NCBI GenBank assembly: GCA_977030845.1
Contig: OZ365113.1
Location: forward strand, 14,384,001 to 14,448,000
Source of the DNA: Fimbriosthenelais zetlandica
Lineage: Eukaryota
Reading direction: 5' to 3'
Length of the DNA stretch: 64,000 nt
Position 1 is the stretch's first letter; each line of letters begins with the position of its first letter. Made by a program: the position numbers and the translations under genes. Under the pieces are notes generated by a model that had not been told where the DNA came from, did not search any database, and saw only the letters and a list, made by a program, of their open reading frames with translations. This document shows, in pieces, positions 13,804-27,007 of the stretch.

Positions 13804-14585
13804 ATGGGAAATGGTGGCGACGACTTCCAAACGGCGGAACTAGATTCAATAGAAAATGTCATTGGATTGTCACCAAAAGATCCACTCAATGGTTTTGCTG
13901 GTAAGGAACAGGAGACAATTTCTTTCCAGAGAATTCTTACGTCCAACGTGTAGATCTATCCGGTTTTGAGAGGAAAAGTTAGTCATATAGATCTCCCGTA
14001 CTTTAATATTTCTTATATTGATTCCAGAAATGTGGTATCAAGTTTTCTTGTGGGCGCTTTTCTCATCAATTTTGGTACATTTTGTTGCATCTGCCATTGC
14101 ATTCTGTCGCTTGCGAAAGCACAAACTTGGTCGCTTCGTCCCTGCAGTAATTTTAGTCATGGGCTTCCTTTCACCACTGACAGGAGGCGTTGTTACAAGT
14201 GAGTGTATTATACATTGTGTCTTACATTCAGGATAATTTACAACAGGCTACCGGTATATCCCAAAAGGTGGCGCCATTGTCAAGGGTATAAGTTTGGAGC
14301 TTGAAGGTTTGGCATTAAATGATTATCAACATGACTAGTTTGATAAGTCATTAGCATTTAGTAATATATATTAAGAAAATAAATAATATTCTTTAAAAAA
14401 TATAACTAGGCAGGAGTGTAGGCCTGTTTCATAGCATAGGGTTTGCTCTTTCAGGCGCTGCCATTGCTGGGGTCTACCGAGCTGCCGATTTTGAGATGGC
14501 ACCTTTGTATGCATTAGTCTGGGGCGTTGGTCAAACAATTGTGGTCATCATAATGTCTTTTTCTCGAGTACTCGCTACTCTCTGA
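13804..14585 (+). CDS. TMEM170: Transmembrane protein 170 family, 3 exons, 132 aa
   Basis: Exons 13804-13900, 14028-14198, 14455-14585 join in frame. EMWYQVFLWALFSS...LRKHKLGRF...SAAIAGVYRAA...GQT...SFSRVLATL matches the TMEM170A/B pattern. AATAAA at 14989-14994. Confidence 0.96.
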
Positions 14586-16214
14586 GCATTAATTTTCGCG
14601 TGTACATAGGTGGCTTCTGATGTAAATAGATATCTATAAGATGTTAACTGTGTCATAACAAAATTGTTCTATTGTAAAAATGTACAGGATGACTAGTCCA
14701 ACTTTTGCCCACGCATTTCCACGATAAGATTTATCATTTTCATCGTATGTAGTTATTTCATCGGTATACACGTGCGGTCAAGTCAGATTAGGTGAGGCTG
14801 GCTTTGTTGCTACATTATAATATTATAATTGTCAAAACATTCATTTGCTGGCAGGTCCAGTTATAAGAAAACACTGTTAAAATACTGCATATATATATGT
14901 CTGATCAAATCCTCTATGTAATTTCCTATAGGAGATCTCTGCTTTTTAAATACGCGTATTGAATATTGTAAGATGGATTTATGTATAAAATAAATAAGGT
15001 ACGAAATAATGTGAACTTACTATTGCATTTGCTCTTTAATAGTAAAATACTTATGTTCCCTTCCCGGCGTCATTATTTAACAAGAGAAGGCTATTAGGGA
15101 ATTGTTGGGTAAAAGTGTGACATTGTCCGCGTTCAAGGTCGCGCTGTTTCGGAGTAGGCATAATGAGTGTCTTAGTATGGTGCATTAAGCCCGCCTCTTC
15201 AATTGAAGCTAATCGTTCTCCTGGATGATGTCATATATATTAATGGTTGTGTTTGATCAGCCATAATGAATGATTCTGACATCAAGGTCTCGTTATATTT
15301 GGATCAATTGATGGCTTTATCCACCTCATTGCATTCCTGTCCCACGAGCACTAGCAACATAATACGTCCTCGATAATCACTCTTATACGACTGGTAATAT
15401 GACGACGTTCTTAAGATTTTACATAGTGAATTGAAGTGAAAACAAATTTCAGAAATGTCCCTCCTGTATGTGTTACAAATGAAAATAAATGTATTTAGTA
15501 TTGAAATAATTATGACGTGTTGAGCGAAAGAGTCTGATGTTCAGACAGGTAGAATATATAGAAATTAATGTGGCCGAGATGTGGGCCTATATAGAGGCGC
15601 ACTTTGAGTGACCACGCCTTGTTCAGCTCATGTACATCTGGTTTATCCATACTCGGCGCTTAATTAATCCTGATATACTCGCCACCGTATATCCTACCCT
15701 TACAGGACGGTCCCGGAGGCTTAGCGCTGCATGTTCTCTCACCAACAAGTATACTAATGGCACCACTTCCGATCACACGTGTATGCACCGCGCGTAGCTA
15801 TTCTTTAGCTACAATTAGCATCGCACTGCCCAGTCCCCACCATGAGTATAATGGGACACAGATGGATTTCAAAGTCCAGCATCCAATACTTTAAAAAGGA
15901 TTAATTCCAGCTGGCGTTGGACAATAACTAAAAGAGTCGTCTATCTAAAAGTCGTGTATGTGAGCATTAATGCAGTATTCATTGGAAAGTCTCTTAACCA
16001 AAGGATATTTCAATGTTAAAGAGTATTGTATGTTTTATTGACTTATATACATTGTTTCACTTTCATTGGGCGCAGTGACCTTATACACAAAACTGATGGA
16101 GGAATTTATTTATTTATAAATGTATTCAGTGTGTGGAATTCAGTTTGGAAAAGGTGAGGTCAACTTACGAGTAGATCTTCTGACTCTGGCTGATATGATT
16201 TTGTAACAGTTGGC

Positions 16215-19200
16215 ATGTCTACAGACTCCTTAACTAATCCTAAACAGACCAGCATGTCGGAGTGGAGCAAGGCTTGGATGTTTGAACTGCCTTTCCTGCT
16301 GTATGCCTACATGGATGTTTGGGCTTTTCCAACGGATGGCCCAACAGGATTTATCCCACTTTCAATGTGTCCAGCTGTTGTACGAAGTCTGGAGCCAGAA
16401 AGCAATTCACAGTATAGAATAATAGTCCAGCATCCTGCAATAGAAACCAAAGCAGGCTACCTGCCAGGAGTCCTTTATGAAGGTAAAATTTAATGTCCAA
16501 ACCAGTCTATGTAAAATATTCAATGTATTTTGTTTGTATCATATTATATTTATTTTGTGTATACAATGACTGTCTTGCGATCTAATCTTACAGTGGGATT
16601 GAAACCGGTCAACGATAGCATTGCCCAAAAATACATCCTCCGCTCATTTCACGACAGTTCTGGTCAGTCTTTTGGGGACTGGTCCAGTAATGTTAGTAGG
16701 AAAGAAACTAATCTATGTAGAAGTCAGCCCGAAATAAATGAGAAAGCTGCCAGTATTAGCCATGGAGAATGGACTGGAATCATGTTAAATACGTCAGATG
16801 AAATAGTGCACTGGGGTGCACCAAAGACGACAGAACTAGGTTGTGTCCGTTTTATGTAAGTAATCGTTAGAGTTATTTTTTAAAAGCCGCGCGAACCCCT
16901 ATGGGCTGTTTTTATAATCCACTGTTGGTCAATACATTATGAAACATTCCAGTTTCTGTATTCCCACTTTTTTACAATTTCACTTAGTGGAAACCATGGT
17001 GGAAATATATGATGCTATTGACACACATGTAAGTAGTATGTAGAGGTTGACCATTGAAACAGGTTCTATGAATACGGATGTTCAATGAATTATACATTTC
17101 AGAGCATATATATTAGACACGAATGGGAAGTGGTCTGCTGCAACGAGTCGATTGTGTGAGCGTGAAGGTTAGATGTGCATTAAAAATAATTATTTTGCAG
17201 AATTTTGAAACTATATTGAGCGCCCCGGTAAGCTGTATAGCTAATTAGTATCTAGCTATACAGGTGCATAAGAGGTATATGAAATATTGGTGAAATTGTC
17301 ATATTTACGCTTATTTCTAATCTCCTGTAGGTTATTTTCGTGTTGTTTCCACAACGAGTGAATTGATCATTTCTGGGGGTGATGGAGGAAAATACTTAAA
17401 CAACATGGACCACCTTGTATTATTTCAATCTCGGCTTGGTTATGAAATGAGACTTCAAGTGAGTACCGGTACCTGCATTTGAATATGAATTTAAGCGTCA
17501 GAATAGTCGATTTAATTAGCTTTTGTTACGAATAGAAAAGAATGTTTTCTGTCGAACCATGAAAGGAAATATGGCATTTTCACTGCTTGAACTTTTTTTT
17601 ATTTTCGAATAGCCTACTTTTAAAATTCACTGCCCTTCCCCCGGGCCGAGCAATCAGTGCATGGCATATTATGTATACATTAAGCTGGCAATATTGATGC
17701 ACAATCATGTTTTTCTGGTCCTCGATATCTATATCGGGTGGCTGGATTTATATTTAGACAACTGAAGCAGTTGTTCAATATTACATGGGTCGGGCACAGG
17801 GTCCACAGTATCTGGATGGGCAGGTTTGGATGACAATGTATTTGAGCTGGCGGGATGAATATTGGACGATGCTACATTCAGGTGCGCTTTGCGTTGGGAA
17901 ATGCGTCATTTCAGGCACGTGCCAGCTAGTCGGGACAGTGCTTTTGGAAGTTTTATGCCCATTCTGAAATTCAAATGCAACCATGAATAATAAATCACCT
18001 TAGTCTATGAATGAAGGTCATTTTAGAAACCGTAATTCTTGTGTAATTGCATAATTGGAATTACTCAGAATATTTCCCACGAATCTGAACAGTTCTATTC
18101 AAGCTACATTTTTTTATTTTGGGTAGACCTAATAGGACTAATATACATACGGGATTTGTACAAAATACATTATTATAGGAATAAAAATATAACAAATGGG
18201 GCGGGGAGTGGTGGGTGCGGTTCCACAGTCTTGATTAGCGACTCTGCAAAGATTAAAGGTACCGCAGGGTAGAACAGACTATGAACATTGAAGAAACAGA
18301 TCAATTCATAAAATCAACTGTTTCTTTTAAAGTTTCAGCATTTTGATATAGAACCCTTTCTTGATGAGGAGGGTCGGTGTTTTGACTATGTGAGTATTGG
18401 GAGCACAGAGGTAGAGGCAGAGGATGAGTCGCGGCGATTGTGTGGACGATATACAAGGGTCGACCTGGCGAAACTTTCATTTGTCTCTGATGAAAATTTC
18501 ATGGTGCTGAAATTTGTAACCGACGCCAAAATCGTCGCTTCTGGATTTTCTGCCGTTTTCTACTCTGTTCCTACTAAAGGTAGGTACGCGATGAAATCGG
18601 AAAAACTGTTTCATGGTGTTGAGAAAAAGTGCAATTTGATTTCCCTCCTAGAAAGATTTTAAAAAGTTTTCTTCTAAAGGATAGCATTTCATTTCAGGAT
18701 GCAATAAGGTGTTGTTCGGATCTCGTGGCATCATATCCTCTCCGAATTTTCCAGACGAATATTTCCCCAATTATGACTGTACATATACCATTGACGCACC
18801 TCGTAACTACAGGATATCAGTGACCTTCACAAACTTTTCTCTTCAACCGAAGGTCAATGGAAAATGTCACGATTATGTTTCAGTAGAAACTACCAGATCC
18901 CAGAAGGCATCTAAGGAGTACTTGTGTGGGAGTGAGTTGAAAGTTTTTACCTCCTCCTTCAATTGGTTGCGCTTGACTTTCCATACTGATTTCCTCGAGC
19001 AGATGTCGGGCTTCAGAGCTGAATATATGAACTATAAATCATGTGAGAATGTCACTTATGACGGGTCAAATGGAAGCATATCAAACATGGGATATCCAGG
19101 ACCCTACCTTAACAACCAGCTCTGTTTTATCACTATTAAAACGCCTGATGAAGGCATGAAAATAGACATTCAATTTGACCTTCTTCACACAGAAGCTATT

Positions 19201-22200
19201 CTTCCCACTTACCTCTCTGGAAACTGGTGTACTTTGGATTACCTTGAAATCTATGATGGGAATATCTCTCGGAGGTATTGTGGAGACTGGGGATCCAGTC
19301 TTGAGTTACTGAATTTCAAGTCGGTTGGTCAAATGATGAGGATCAAATTTGTTTCAGATAATTCACAAACTGCAGACGGTTTTTATTTGAGATGGATTAC
19401 AGTGAAAGAGAATTATTCAGATATTCCCTGTCCCAGTGGGTGGAACACAAGCTTTGAGAAGTCATGCTTCTCCGTAATAAAACAGAGGAAAACTTGGGAT
19501 GCAGCTCAACACTCTTGTACTAGTATAGGTGGGCGTTTAGCCACGATAGAGAGCCCTGCTGAAGAATCAATTATAAATCATCTCATCTCTGACAGGTATC
19601 TAGAAGAGGCCTCAAAAGAGGTCCCGTCTATAAAAAAATATGTGCTTATTCAATTGATAAAATGTTCCCATAATTATATCCCTCATAACCTCTAATTAAT
19701 TATTTCAGTGGACATCCAGATGGATGGGCAGTCTGGATTGGTGCGAGCGACAAAAAATTTGAGGCTGATTTTAATTGGGTTGATGGATCTACTGTAGTTT
19801 ACACAAGTGGGTAAATCTTGAACTTCAGTTGATTAGATATGATTGTGTTTACAAGGCAAATTTGAGACAAACATATGATAATGCAAATAGCATGGGGAAA
19901 TGATAGTAGGCTAATGATGATACAAGGTGTTAGAGATCTCGTTTAAGTTATATAATCATCAATTGTTATATAGATTGGTTTCCCGGATGGCCGTCTCATA
20001 ATTGGTATAACCGTCAGCCCAATGATGACGGACTGAGCGACCAGGACTGTGTAGAACTCCGTAATGTCTTCCCTCTACCCGTTAAAGGCGATATAATTAC
20101 GGACCAATATTTCTGGAATGATCGCGAATGTCACGTACATAACATGTACATTTGTGAGATGGTTAAGCAAGAAGGTTAGGCTTTTCTATTCGATAACATA
20201 TCTTACCTTTACACAGATATCATTATTCCCATGAAAATCTACAGATCGCCAAATCTAGGAATTAACCTGAAAGTCACCAACACACATGACTGTTTTTTTC
20301 TATTTTGTTCAGCAGATTTAAAACCCGAGCCGAAGAAACCATTTGAATGCTACTATGAGTTAACATTAACCACATCCAAGAAGTCCGGTTTAATAGCCAG
20401 TCCTGGATTTCCTGCTAATTACAAGGGTGATATGAATTGTACAACGGTGATATATGCACCGACTGGCTCTATTGTGGAACTTACATTCATTCAGTTCCAT
20501 ATTGAAGAATCTGAAGGGTAATTTACTCTTTATTTGATATTAAAAATAAAGATAAATTTAGCATCAATTAACCAAAAATAGCCGATTAAAAAGAATATTA
20601 TATACTGTTCATGTAATGTGTCATCTTAGGTTGGGTCGGGGGTGGTTAATATTTTATCATATTTATGCCTGTCCGTTTTCCATTTTCAGATGTGTCTATG
20701 ACAGCGTTCTAATGTCATCGATAGCAGATCCCGCACAAAATGATCACACAGCTAGGACCTATTGTGGGAACTGGAACTCACGAACTAAGCGTTTAACCTA
20801 TGTCAGCAGGAATAACACATTACGTGTGGTATTCACATCGGACCACACCAATAGTTTTACTGGATACAAAGCAGAATACAAAATGAGAAATGGTAAGTTT
20901 TACCTAAAAGTATTTAGCTTGACTATGTATATTTTCTTTAGTAGTATTTCCTATACCGTCCCTGATATGTATTGAATCAGACTTTAATTTTTCCAGTATC
21001 TAGGTTATGTCCAGATAGAAAGTGGATATATCATAGCAGAAGATGTTACTCCATTAATACGCTTAGAAATGTGACGTGGGATCAGGCTGTTACAGAGTGT
21101 CTGATGCAGGGGGGAAGCCTCGCTAATTTATCAAATTCCCCATTTCTAGCTACATTACAGGAAGGTGATCATATATTTTCTAAATTCAACTGAGGCATTT
21201 TGAAAAGTTATATATCCGATATATTTTAGGCTCCCTGCATGTGGAGTATAGCCTTCTGATAAATATTTAATACCATATTTCTGATTATAAAGGAAGGTCA
21301 TACTGGACGACCACACCCACTTGGGATGCCTCAGATGACACAATATTAGGTGAATATCTCTCTTTGTAATGTATTAAAAATTGAAATTAATCCTAAATTA
21401 AACATCTGTGTACGGCCAGGGGCAAAATATGGGTGTCTATAGATGGATGATATATAAAAGTTGGTTTACACGGGCCCATCTTCCCCTTACACTAGGAGCA
21501 AGAAGAGCGAGGCAATTAGGCCTAATTAAGGACGTGTATGTGGAAGATAGGAAGTGCTGGTCAGTAATGGGGAAGGAGGGTTCACAGCCGGTTTATCAGA
21601 TCTCTCATTGTGAAGAGAGGAAAGCTTTTGCTTGTGAAGCTTGGTTGACAGGTACGTCAATTTCTCAGAATGTTACCTCAGAATGAGCTAGACACCGCCC
21701 TTATTGAAATTGTACAGGGTCGAATCCTGGTTGACCAATTATCTTATACATGTACATATATGAAAACATGAATATTTTTGGCTCATTTTGAATCACAATG
21801 AAGTCGTACCTATTTAAAATAATAATATATTGTAATACCTGTGAATAGTAATACCTGTCCATAAATTTAGATAAATTTGTAATTAACTGAAATATGATTT
21901 TTAAAAGTATTTCCCTTCAAACTTTATCACATATACTTGTCTTAGGTAAGCGCCCTGTACTCAACATGACAGTGGATGAAGACACAACAAGGTGGATTAC
22001 AAGCCCAGGCTTCCCATCACCCTATCCTGCCAAGATCCATATCATCTGGACACTCCATATCAGAGGTAAAGTATTGACATTGTTCATCTTTAAACCCCTT
22101 GAACTGGAGGCACAGGAGGACTGTTTGTACGATTTTGTCTCCGTTACTGATTTGGACAGCGGTGCATCTAGGAAATTTTGTGGAACCTGGCCCTGGTTGA

Positions 22201-25200
22201 CTTATTCCACTCCCAGCAACTCTTCCATGCTTGAGTTAGTTACGGATTATGACATATCATTTCGAGGCTTCAATGTGACTTGGAATGCCATTGAATGGTC
22301 AGCAGTGGAAAACCAAACCTTAGGATTAAGTGTAAATCGTACAATGGGAACAATTACTAGTCCCAATTACCCTTTCGTTTACCTAAATCGCCTGGACTAT
22401 TGGACACATATCAGGGCTGAAGAAGGCTCGAGGATTTGGTTTGTCCTTGATGATCTACAGTTAAACATAATTGAATCAGACTGTTCTGACTTTTTGGAGA
22501 TATATACAGACGGAAATCATTCACATCCACACCAGCTTTGTGCCTCATCAGTGTGGTCTCCTGACAGGAGGTATCTCTCAGAAGGGAACTATGCTTCAAT
22601 ACAATTCCATACTAACGATTTTCTCAATGACAGGGGCTTCAAGATAACCTACAGACTAGGTAAGCATTCAGGTACCGGTATCTATTTTAAGGGATTGCAA
22701 GGGTGTTGGTTGAGTATTAGGGAAGGAAGGTGGAAGCCAGAATCACAGGGGTTGAAAATGAAGGAAGTCTTCAATATTTAGAATTAAATCGGAAAATTTT
22801 GGATTAAACTGGATTATCATTGAAGAAATGCACCACTTTTGTTTTTTCAGTACCATTTATTCTTTGGAGGTCTGTCGAGAGGAAATATCTTTCTAGCCAT
22901 GAAACTGGATTCATAGTGTCTCCAAACTTTCCTGATAAGTTACCAGAGAACCTGGATTATATGCTCTCTTTACAATCTCCCCTGGGGACATCCATTCATG
23001 TCACAGTTAATCAGGAGAGTTCAAACAATGCAGGCAATTGTGAAGAGGCTTACATAGAAATACAAGATTCCAGCCAAGCAAAGGCTAGAATCAAGCGTAT
23101 ATACAATGCTGGTGATTCAGTGAGTGTGTTATCTGATATGCACGTGCTAGATATCCGGATAATAACAGGACAGGGGATGGGTGTGTCCATGGATAATTAC
23201 ACGATCAAATATCAAGTATTGAAAGGTAAGTATTTTCTGACAACTTGATTGTCTGATTGCAATGGAAAGTAGAGAGATGGGTAATAATGGATGGCTAACA
23301 AGAAAAGAAAAACATGATGAGCTGATTATAATGTTATTTGTATTTTCATTCAGATCCCGACTTCGTTAATAAAACTGTTTTCAACATGAACATATCAGTT
23401 GGTGATTGTAATAAGCTTCCTTGCCAGAATGGTGGCGTCTGCCTGGAACACACTGGGGGTAGCACTTTCTGTAAATGTAACGGGTTTTACACTGGTAAGT
23501 CCGTGTAGGTCAAATATATGCCGTACATAAGACCTTCAGAGCTAAGGCAATTGAATTTGTTCTGTTATTTTCATTTATCTATAGTATGGATCAATACGTA
23601 CAGTAATTAAAGGTATCTTTCAGGACTCGTCTGTCGCTGGACCTATTGTGATCAGATGCCTTGCCTGAATGGCGGAAGCTGTCAAAATATCAATGGTGGC
23701 TACCTTTGTAAATGCCCTTCTGGTTATGGTGGATTTAACTGTGAGATCGACCTGCAACAATGTGACAGAAAAAGCTGTAATAATAGGGGGAAATGTGTCT
23801 TCAAGGAAAAGTGGAGATTGGAATGTGCATGTGAATATGAATACGAAGGTAGGTACACTTTCTCCATAATGTCTTTTGTATTACCATATCCATTATAATG
23901 ATTTAGTTAATACAGTTGTCATAATTGTACATCTATATTTGTGGCTACTTCTCTAACATAAGGGAAGTACTGTGAGATTCAGCGGGATCTTCCTCGTAGT
24001 GCCAGTGGTATCCGTCTACTGGATGAACCCTTCTGGATTGGAATCATAGCAATTGCCTCGGTCCTTGGTCTCACTCTATTCGTTATCTGCTTTAAGAAGA
24101 AATGTCAAAATCAAGGTGGAATAAACTGCTTTGGAGAACTGGAACCAGCAAAAGATGGCAAGTACCCAGTTGCTTATGTGTATGATTATGCTTTAAGAAT
24201 TGCAGCCTTCCTTACTGGCCTGAATATTTTTGATTGTAGATAAATATGGCAATGCAGAATATGGAATATATGGTTATGGCAATGGGGGCTTCATTGCAGA
24301 CTCCAGCCTGCACACCCCACGGTCTTCAGAAGGCCAATCACTTCGGACGTCTCCCAATAGGGGCATATACGGAACACCCCTTCCTGTAATACATGTAAGT
24401 ACAAGAGGTACATAATGGCATTATACATACCGGTACACATAATATGTCTCTTTAGTCACCTTATTCGTCTGGTTTCTGGTCCTAGATTCACCCTGAGGAC
24501 AACCACATTGGGTATGCTGAAGTGTACCCCTCACCGACCAATTTTATAGAGGACGCTGCTGATATAATTGTGCCTAATACAGCTGACATCATTAATGTAA
24601 CGAGTCAAATTTTGCCCAGATTTCCTAAAAACATTTTTGGTGATACACATTCCAAACCCTCCTACATAAATGAAGGACCATCGACTTCAAAAAATTTCAG
24701 TGGTGATCAAAAAGTGCGGCCAAAATCTGGAGAGGATTGGGACATTGATCACTCAACACCTCCACCCAGTGATAATTTGGAGATAATATGTGATAATATG
24801 GAAAACCATAGTCAAGATAAAACACAGTTTTGTACTGAGTACACTGAAAATTTAGCAAGTCATAACGAGGATCAAAGGCAAACGGTAGTGAATGAGAGAT
24901 GTAGTAATAACACATCTATGGACACGCTTCCACTAAGAACTGAAAATGGGAAACTCTCACTGGCAAAGGATGGAGAGTTAGGTCCATTTAGTAGAAAAAA
25001 TAGTGCTGAGAGGCGTGAAGATTATGTCGCTGCTGTGCAGAGAGCTAGACAGATCATGTCCTCTGAACACCTGACTAGTCAATCTCAATCAAGTCCTGTT
25101 AGCAGCAATAGTCAGTCAACAGCTTCTTGTCCACAAGTGTCGACGACATCCAGCATGTCGCAATGCTCTCAGTGCAACCCGTCAGCATATATCGTCCAGG

Positions 25201-27007
25201 CATTTGAAGTCAGTGATTCTGATCAGTCGGTTAGTTGCTCAATTGATATGGACTTCATTGAGCAACAACAATCAAGACATTTTTCATTAGAAAAGACCAA
25301 AGAAAGGGAGAGAAGTAAAAACTGCAAGCATCACAGACATTGGCAAAGTACATCAAGAGACTACCATAGCAAAGATACTGCTGGAAAGAAAAGATCCCAT
25401 GGAAGGAGAAGAGGACACAAAGTGAGGCACTCTAGGGAGAATAGAACGAGACATGAAGAATGTCATCGGAAGCATAACAAAGTTAATGAATTATTTAGCG
25501 TAGATGTTTCAAACGCCAGCGAACTCAGCCAAGAAAGTTTTTCCGCACAAACATCCACTGAATACCCAATGACAGCAGCAGATGCTACCCCTCATTATTC
25601 ATCTGAGAAAAACGAATATGAAATCTGTAGAGACTCTCAATGCAGAAATGAAAGGAAGCGAGAATATAGGATTTGTTCCTCAGATACATCTTGCAATACA
25701 GAAGGTGCAGACACTTTGGCACACCCAATGAAAGAAATTCAAGAGGGAAAACAAAAAGACATATCTATGAAGAAGGGCAGCATCTGCCGGCTGCCCAGAT
25801 TGAGACTGAAGCAGTCTGGAAAACATCCACTTCAAGATTCCGCCTATCAAAGTACAGTAGGGTCAACTGAGAAAAACTACCATTCAAAACCGGGATCTGA
25901 TCGGGTAAGCCCAAAACAAGGCTTTGGTGAAACACAGCAATCGACATCCCTCAAATTTGCCCCAACAAGGTAAGCTGCCGATGGTTATACAAAATGTCTT
26001 TATAGTGTACATGTTATAAAGTGTTTGATATCTCCAAACCAAACGGTGACCTATGAATCTCTTTCAGAATGCAAGAAAAACGTGTCTTAAATCAATTAGA
26101 AATGGTTGCACGAAAACTATCCGCTCTGAAAGAAGCGCAGATTCAGCAGTACAAGGATGATGAACTGGAACTAACAACTCCCATCAGCACATCATATCCC
26201 TCAGTTATCAAGGATGAAGAGGGATGTTTGCCAGATGTGGAAGAGTAGTAAGTGAATGTTGTATGTGTCACATTGGTGTAAGCATAGGTCCTGAGTCATG
26301 AATCATAATGAGAATCAGATACATGTACATACACTTGGATTGAAAGAAATATATATGGCAAAGGCTTCATTATACAAGCTGATGTTGTTAACCAAGTAAT
26401 TCAGTTATTCTTTTGCATTTGCAGCTGTATCGAGAGTCATCAAATTGTGAAGGTTAGAAGGCCTTGGCCAAGCCGAGTTCTCAGTATGATTACAGATGAA
26501 GGAGAATCAGAAAGCTCTGAAACAGGCACAAGATGTCTATCACAAAGTCCATCATGTACTCAAATCACGGCAATAGCAACGAGTACATCCGAACATGAGG
26601 CGGGTATAGCAGGTGTTATACAAGCCAGGTTAGAGCCAGTCTCCTCCAATATACAGCTACATGAGGGTGTTAATAACCTCCATGAACCAATGCACAATGA
26701 TAAATTAGAGCTCTCCGGTGACGACAAATCAGATATTGATCATCACCCCAAGAACAAACCTGATTTAGATTTGCTGCCTATCTCAGACTCTGTGCACAAA
26801 GACAGTCCCCTTTGCCAGGACAATACAAACTGCAGCAACGTCCAGAGCCGGAGAAATGCAAATACAGGAAATAATCCCATGGACAATAAAGAAGATGTGG
26901 AAAGTGGAAACAGTATGGAAATGACCTTGATTTCAGAAAGCCCAGCTGAAATGATGTTCATTCCAAATGTGGGATACCTCGTCTTTGACAGATGTAGTGA
27001 TGTTTAA
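16215..27007 (+). CDS. Large type-I membrane protein: CUB x3, C-type lectin, CUB, C-type lectin-like, CUB x3, EGF x3, TM, ~800-aa low-complexity cytoplasmic tail; ~2,300 aa, ~21 exons
   Basis: Frame-consistent exons: 16215-16482, 16594-16839, 17331-17458, 18333-18579, 18698-19595, 19709-19806, 19974-20174, 20313-20517, 20690-20892, 20997-21164, 21293-21349, 21496-21651, 21946-22659, 22851-23225, 23354-23494, 23624-23848, 23963-24157, 24240-24394, 24486-25969, 26068-26247, 26425-27007. CUB signatures (GIISSPNFP, DYLEIYDG, YCG, F-x-S/T-D, GF). CTLD motifs WIG and WND. EGF pattern CxNGGxC. TM PFWIGIIAIASVLGLTLFVIC. The first two exons and the start codon are the least certain part, and the signal peptide is weak. 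Confidence 0.88.

Noticed and set aside
21690-21740. tRNA B-box-like gggtcgaatcc
   Set aside because: No A-box at proper spacing and no cloverleaf or acceptor stem.
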